A stretch of DNA of 53,885 nt, the filler included, from an uncultured virus (IMG/VR IMGVR_UViG_2049941000_000426) (taxonomy: Duplodnaviria; Heunggongvirae; Uroviricota; Caudoviricetes). It is 4 parts of one record of this genome, joined end to end, with 100 filler letters (N's around TTAATTAATTAA, not from the genome) between each part and the next. Parts side by side here need not be neighbours in the genome. Positions count along the whole stretch, not along the records: positions 44,536 to 53,885 come from IMGVR_UViG_2049941000_000426; 3 more parts are not named here. One strand, 5' to 3'. Shown here one piece after another: positions 52,762 to 53,885 of this stretch (position 1 is its first letter; the number at the start of each line of letters is the position of its first letter). The translations under genes were made by a program, and so were the position numbers. Below the pieces are notes generated by a model. The model searched no databases. It saw nothing but the letters and a program-made list of their open reading frames with translations, and had not been told where the DNA came from.

Positions 52762-53070
52762 ATGGACGGACAGGAATTCTACGAAAAGCTGCTTGTGATG
52801 ACAAGGGACGAGAGAAGAAGGCTGGTCAATATCGTGTTCGACGATCTGGCCGAGGTCGGGAGGAAGAGGGACCTCATGGCGTCGAGGCTCACCATGGACG
52901 ACGAGGCTCGTAAAAGGCTGGAGGCCATGACCGACGACGACTTCCGAGACATTGTCATGAAGGCGAGGAACGGAATGACGGAGCCTGCCGGATGGGTCGC
53001 GGAGGGCTTTATGGATAAAGTCGGGAAAATCATGTGGAGCAGGGCGAAAGGAACGGAGGAGGATGAGTAA
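52762..53070 (+). CDS. Hypothetical protein, 102 aa
   Basis: AGGAG RBS; intact ORF. Confidence 0.7.
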   Translation: MDGQEFYEKLLVMTRDERRRLVNIVFDDLAEVGRKRDLMASRLTMDDEARKRLEAMTDDDFRDIVMKARNGMTEPAGWVAEGFMDKVGKIMWSRAKGTEEDE

Positions 53071-53457
53071 TGTCTGTGCTGGTATACCTGAAGGATGAAA
53101 AGCTCCTCCTGAAGATCCAGGAGGGAACGGGGGACAACCTCGACAGAGAGGACCTGGAGAACGGGATGGTGGATTACGTCCTGTTCTCCTTCTTCCGGCC
53201 GAAATGCCTGGACATAGACCAGGAGCTCGAGATGGAGGAAGTCGATGAAGGCGGCATGCTGATGTTCGACCGGGAGGTCAGGGCGGACGANNNNNNNNNN
53301 GGTCGATGAAGGCGGCATGCTGATGTTCGACCGGGAGGTCAGGGCGGACGAGGTCGTACTCGACGTATACGAGTTCCATTTCGGAAGAAAGATGAAGAAA
53401 GACGGCATGATCGTCCTGTTCAGGGACGAGGACACGACGGAGGCTATGGAAAAATGA
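53070..53457 (+). CDS. Hypothetical protein (duplicate overlap across a 10-N gap)
   Basis: EGTGDNL..ED...GMVDYV...DEGGMLM. Confidence 0.65.
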
Positions 53458-53702
53458 AGGACATCTATCTTGAGAAAATCATGAACGCGTCCGTTTCGGA
53501 CGGCATTGTCACGGTCGTCTGCGGTGTCACAGGAAACGACGACGCCGACGAGGAGACCGTAAGGATCAGAATCCCGTTATCCCGCTTCCAGCGGTTCTCT
53601 GCGACGATGAGGGACATCCTCATCGGGGCGATGAACGATGGCTGGTTCGGCGAGGAAGGGAAGAAGGCGGTAGACGAGATGAAGGGGGTGAAAGGCCAAT
53701 GA
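53454..53702 (+). CDS. Hypothetical protein, 82 aa
   Basis: ATGA-coupled at both ends. Confidence 0.65.
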   Translation: MKDIYLEKIMNASVSDGIVTVVCGVTGNDDADEETVRIRIPLSRFQRFSATMRDILIGAMNDGWFGEEGKKAVDEMKGVKGQ

Positions 53703-53885
53703 GATCCTTTGTCCTTCCATTCCCGGTGGAGGCTTTCGTCGGGTCGGGGAAGATCTGCGAACCGATAGAATCCGTCCGGGAAGGTGCCGGCAGCCAGAAC
53801 ATCGAGGTCCTGTCGGAGCAGATAAGCGGGGCGTTCCTTAGATCGGAAGAGCGGTTCAGCAGGAATGCCGAGACCGATATGGTAT

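Noticed and set aside
1..53885. CRISPR array, tRNA or rRNA genes
   Set aside because: No regularly spaced repeats or recognisable RNA genes were seen by eye; tRNAscan and Infernal were not run

Overview
Fragmentary metagenomic assembly of a large, GC-rich, jumbo-type tailed phage. Four scaffolds are joined by artificial N44-TTAATTAATTAA-N44 linkers (23531-23630, 34546-34645, 44436-44535). Many 10-N gaps are flanked by divergent duplicate segments, meaning several strain haplotypes are collapsed and locally scrambled. Scaffold 1 (1-23530) holds a probable portal and virion genes, a fragment of a phage multisubunit RNA polymerase beta subunit, four glycosyltransferases (including a clear TibC/Aah-type autotransporter heptosyltransferase) around a very Cys-rich protein, a DUF2829/Tad2-like protein and a C5 DNA methyltransferase. 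Scaffold 2 holds an NAD synthetase fragment, small hypothetical genes and most of a giant modular fibre gene. Scaffold 3 is the most interesting locus. In order on the minus strand it carries a giant fibre with a C-terminal CLec-type domain whose variable region lies in an assembly gap, twin hairpins, an AAY-rich template repeat, a DGR reverse transcriptase, a coupled 100-aa ORF with no avd gene, a solo TnpB with a rearranged RuvC-II, and a second giant fibre gene. Both fibres consist of conserved anchors flanking interchangeable AT-rich cassettes. Scaffold 4 holds a non-coding region with a perfect 27-bp inverted repeat, baseplate-like genes and hypothetical genes. All family assignments come from recognising motifs by eye; no database searches were run.
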